Origin: an uncultured Bacilli bacterium
GTDB taxonomy: Bacteria > Bacillota_I > Bacilli_A > RF39 > UBA660
DNA length: 35,414 nt
Direction: 5' to 3'
Assembly (NCBI GenBank): GCA_947591175.1
Contig: CANQDB010000002.1
Location: 1 to 35,414, forward strand
The notes under the pieces were generated by a model. The model saw only the letters and a program-made list of their open reading frames with translations, made no database searches and was not told where the DNA came from. Each line of letters opens with the position of its first letter. Positions within the stretch are counted from its first letter, which is position 1. The position numbers were made by a program, and so were the translations under genes. Shown one piece after another: positions 34,508 to 35,414 of this stretch.

Positions 34508-34741
34508 TCACCCTAATTCAATAGATTGAATCCACCCATCGATTAAGATCTCCTGATCCAAGAGTTTGGCAATCGACAAGTCTTTTCCTTTAACAACTAG
34601 TAACCCAAGACTACATTTTAGGGTTATTCTATTTTCTTCTAAGAGAACTATTTCTTCATAGTTTACGATATCTAGTCTTCCTTCTTGATAGGTAAAATGA
34701 AAGTTCGAATCGATACAATATTTTTTTATTCGGTCAAACAT
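34508..34741 (-). CDS. yqfC: sporulation protein YqfC (YabP family)
   Basis: ITLKCSLGLLVVKGKDLSIAKLLDQEILIDGWIQSIEL fits the family. ATG at 34741 with AGGTGG 5 nt upstream preferred over the track TTG at 34756. Confidence 0.85.
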   Translation of the reverse strand: MFDRIKKYCIDSNFHFTYQEGRLDIVNYEEIVLLEENRITLKCSLGLLVVKGKDLSIAKLLDQEILIDGWIQSIELG

Positions 34742-34785
34742 GTAACCACCTATCAAAGTATATGTAACACTTTCAAAACTTAGAA

Positions 34786-34807
34786 AAAGAAAAAGTAGAA
34801 GGCTACT
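34786..34807 (-). terminator. terminator after yqeY
   Basis: Minus strand AGTAG-CCTT-CTACT followed by TTTTTCTTTTT. Confidence 0.5.
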
Positions 34808-34812
34808 CTACT

Positions 34813-35256
34813 TTAATTTAAACGTTCTTTGATTAGGCTAGATACTTTACCCATATCAGCTTTGCCTTTAACAAGAGGAGTTATCTCACGCATAACTTGA
34901 CCCATATCTTTAGCTCCACTTGGCTTAACTTTAGCAAATACTTCATCAATTATCTTAACTATTTCTTCATCACTTAATTGGGCTGGAAGATAAGGCTCAA
35001 GTAAAGCAATTTCTTTTTTCGTTTGATCGACTAAGTCTTGACGGTTACCTTTTTCAAACTCACGAATCGATTCGTTTCTTGTCTTGATTTGTTTCGTAAT
35101 AACATCGATTACTAACTCGTCGTTTACTTCTTTTTTATTGTTAATCTTTTCTAGTTGGATCGCTCCTTTAACTAAGCGAAGTGTTGCTAGAGTATCCTTA
35201 TCGTGATTACGCATTGCGTCTTTTAAATCATTTTCTAATCTTTCTACTAAACTCAT
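34813..35256 (-). CDS. yqeY: GatB/YqeY domain protein
   Basis: LVERLENDLKDAMRNHDKDTLATLRLVKGAIQ is typical of the YqeY family. 147 aa. Confidence 0.85.
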   Translation of the reverse strand: MSLVERLENDLKDAMRNHDKDTLATLRLVKGAIQLEKINNKKEVNDELVIDVITKQIKTRNESIREFEKGNRQDLVDQTKKEIALLEPYLPAQLSDEEIVKIIDEVFAKVKPSGAKDMGQVMREITPLVKGKADMGKVSSLIKERLN

Positions 35257-35296
35257 TTATATCACTCTCCATCTATATTATATCAAAATTTAGGCG

Positions 35297-35320
35297 AAAA
35301 AAAAGACTAATTTCTTAGTC
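35297..35320 (-). terminator. terminator overlapping the stop of the partial upstream gene
   Basis: Minus strand GACTAA-GAAA-TTAGTC followed by T8. Confidence 0.55.
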
Positions 35321-35414
35321 GTTATATTCTCTTCCTGAGTGACCATGTCCACCATAGTTACTATGAGAAGCCTTATTTCTTTTCCGTGTATTTTTAATAC
35401 CTTCTTTTTTAGCG
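35315..35414 (-). CDS. 3' end of a truncated gene with a basic C-terminus (...AKKEGIKNTRKRNKASHSNYGGHGHSGREYND); possibly ribosomal protein S21
   Basis: Open frame running off the window edge. rpsU precedes yqeY in Bacillus, but the Gly/His tail is not typical of S21. Confidence 0.3.
   Translation of the reverse strand, partial: AKKEGIKNTRKRNKASHSNYGGHGHSGREYND

Noticed and set aside
3421-34756. Longer N-terminal extensions suggested by the ORF track at 3421, 9517, 18695, 26939, 31505, 34511 and 34756.
   Set aside because: In each case a downstream ATG or GTG has a well-spaced Shine-Dalgarno. The upstream start either lies inside that RBS or adds residues absent from the family N-terminus.

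Overview
Read by eye only; no alignments, HMM searches or folding were run. The window is low-GC (about 30%) chromosomal DNA from a spore-forming Firmicute, possibly Erysipelotrichia- or Clostridia-like. Most of it is conserved housekeeping and sporulation genes: spoIVB, mscL, spoIIM, mnmA, deoB, xerD, tmcAL, pyk, mutM, polA, lexA, tcdA, glyQS, proS, recO, era, cdd, dgkA, ybeY, yqfD, yqfC and yqeY. Seven things stand out. (1) A 730-bp ORF-free AT-rich gap between convergent genes (5388-6117) holds a 28-bp dif-like XerC/D site at 5848-5875, 2.6 kb from xerD. A perfect inverted copy of its XerC arm lies 75 bp from the end of the site. Gene orientation switches here, so this is probably the replication terminus. 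(2) An accessory block of about 5.6 kb (24125-29706) sits between recO and the T-box-proS-glyQS operon. It carries a Panacea/DUF4065-like antitoxin gene overlapping a divergent MazF/PemK-like ORF, two tandem leaderless paralogs of an uncharacterised family, and a YfhO-like membrane protein. This is the best candidate for an undescribed system. (3) A G9 tract sits in the promoter spacer of a DUF285-repeat surface protein that also has a near-perfect 81-bp internal duplication, suggesting phase or size variation. (4) An unannotated 53-aa membrane ORF lies divergent from lexA behind a consensus promoter with an embedded LexA-box-like site, in the position of SosA/YneA. (5) A promoter-to-terminator structured RNA of about 215 nt lies upstream of tcdA and may be 6S RNA. 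(6) Three abutting 34-bp units each form a hairpin with compensatory stem changes, a conserved GGAAU loop and a U-run. (7) The T-box leader before proS-glyQS has an ambiguous specifier. Several track start codons were moved to downstream starts with better RBSs.
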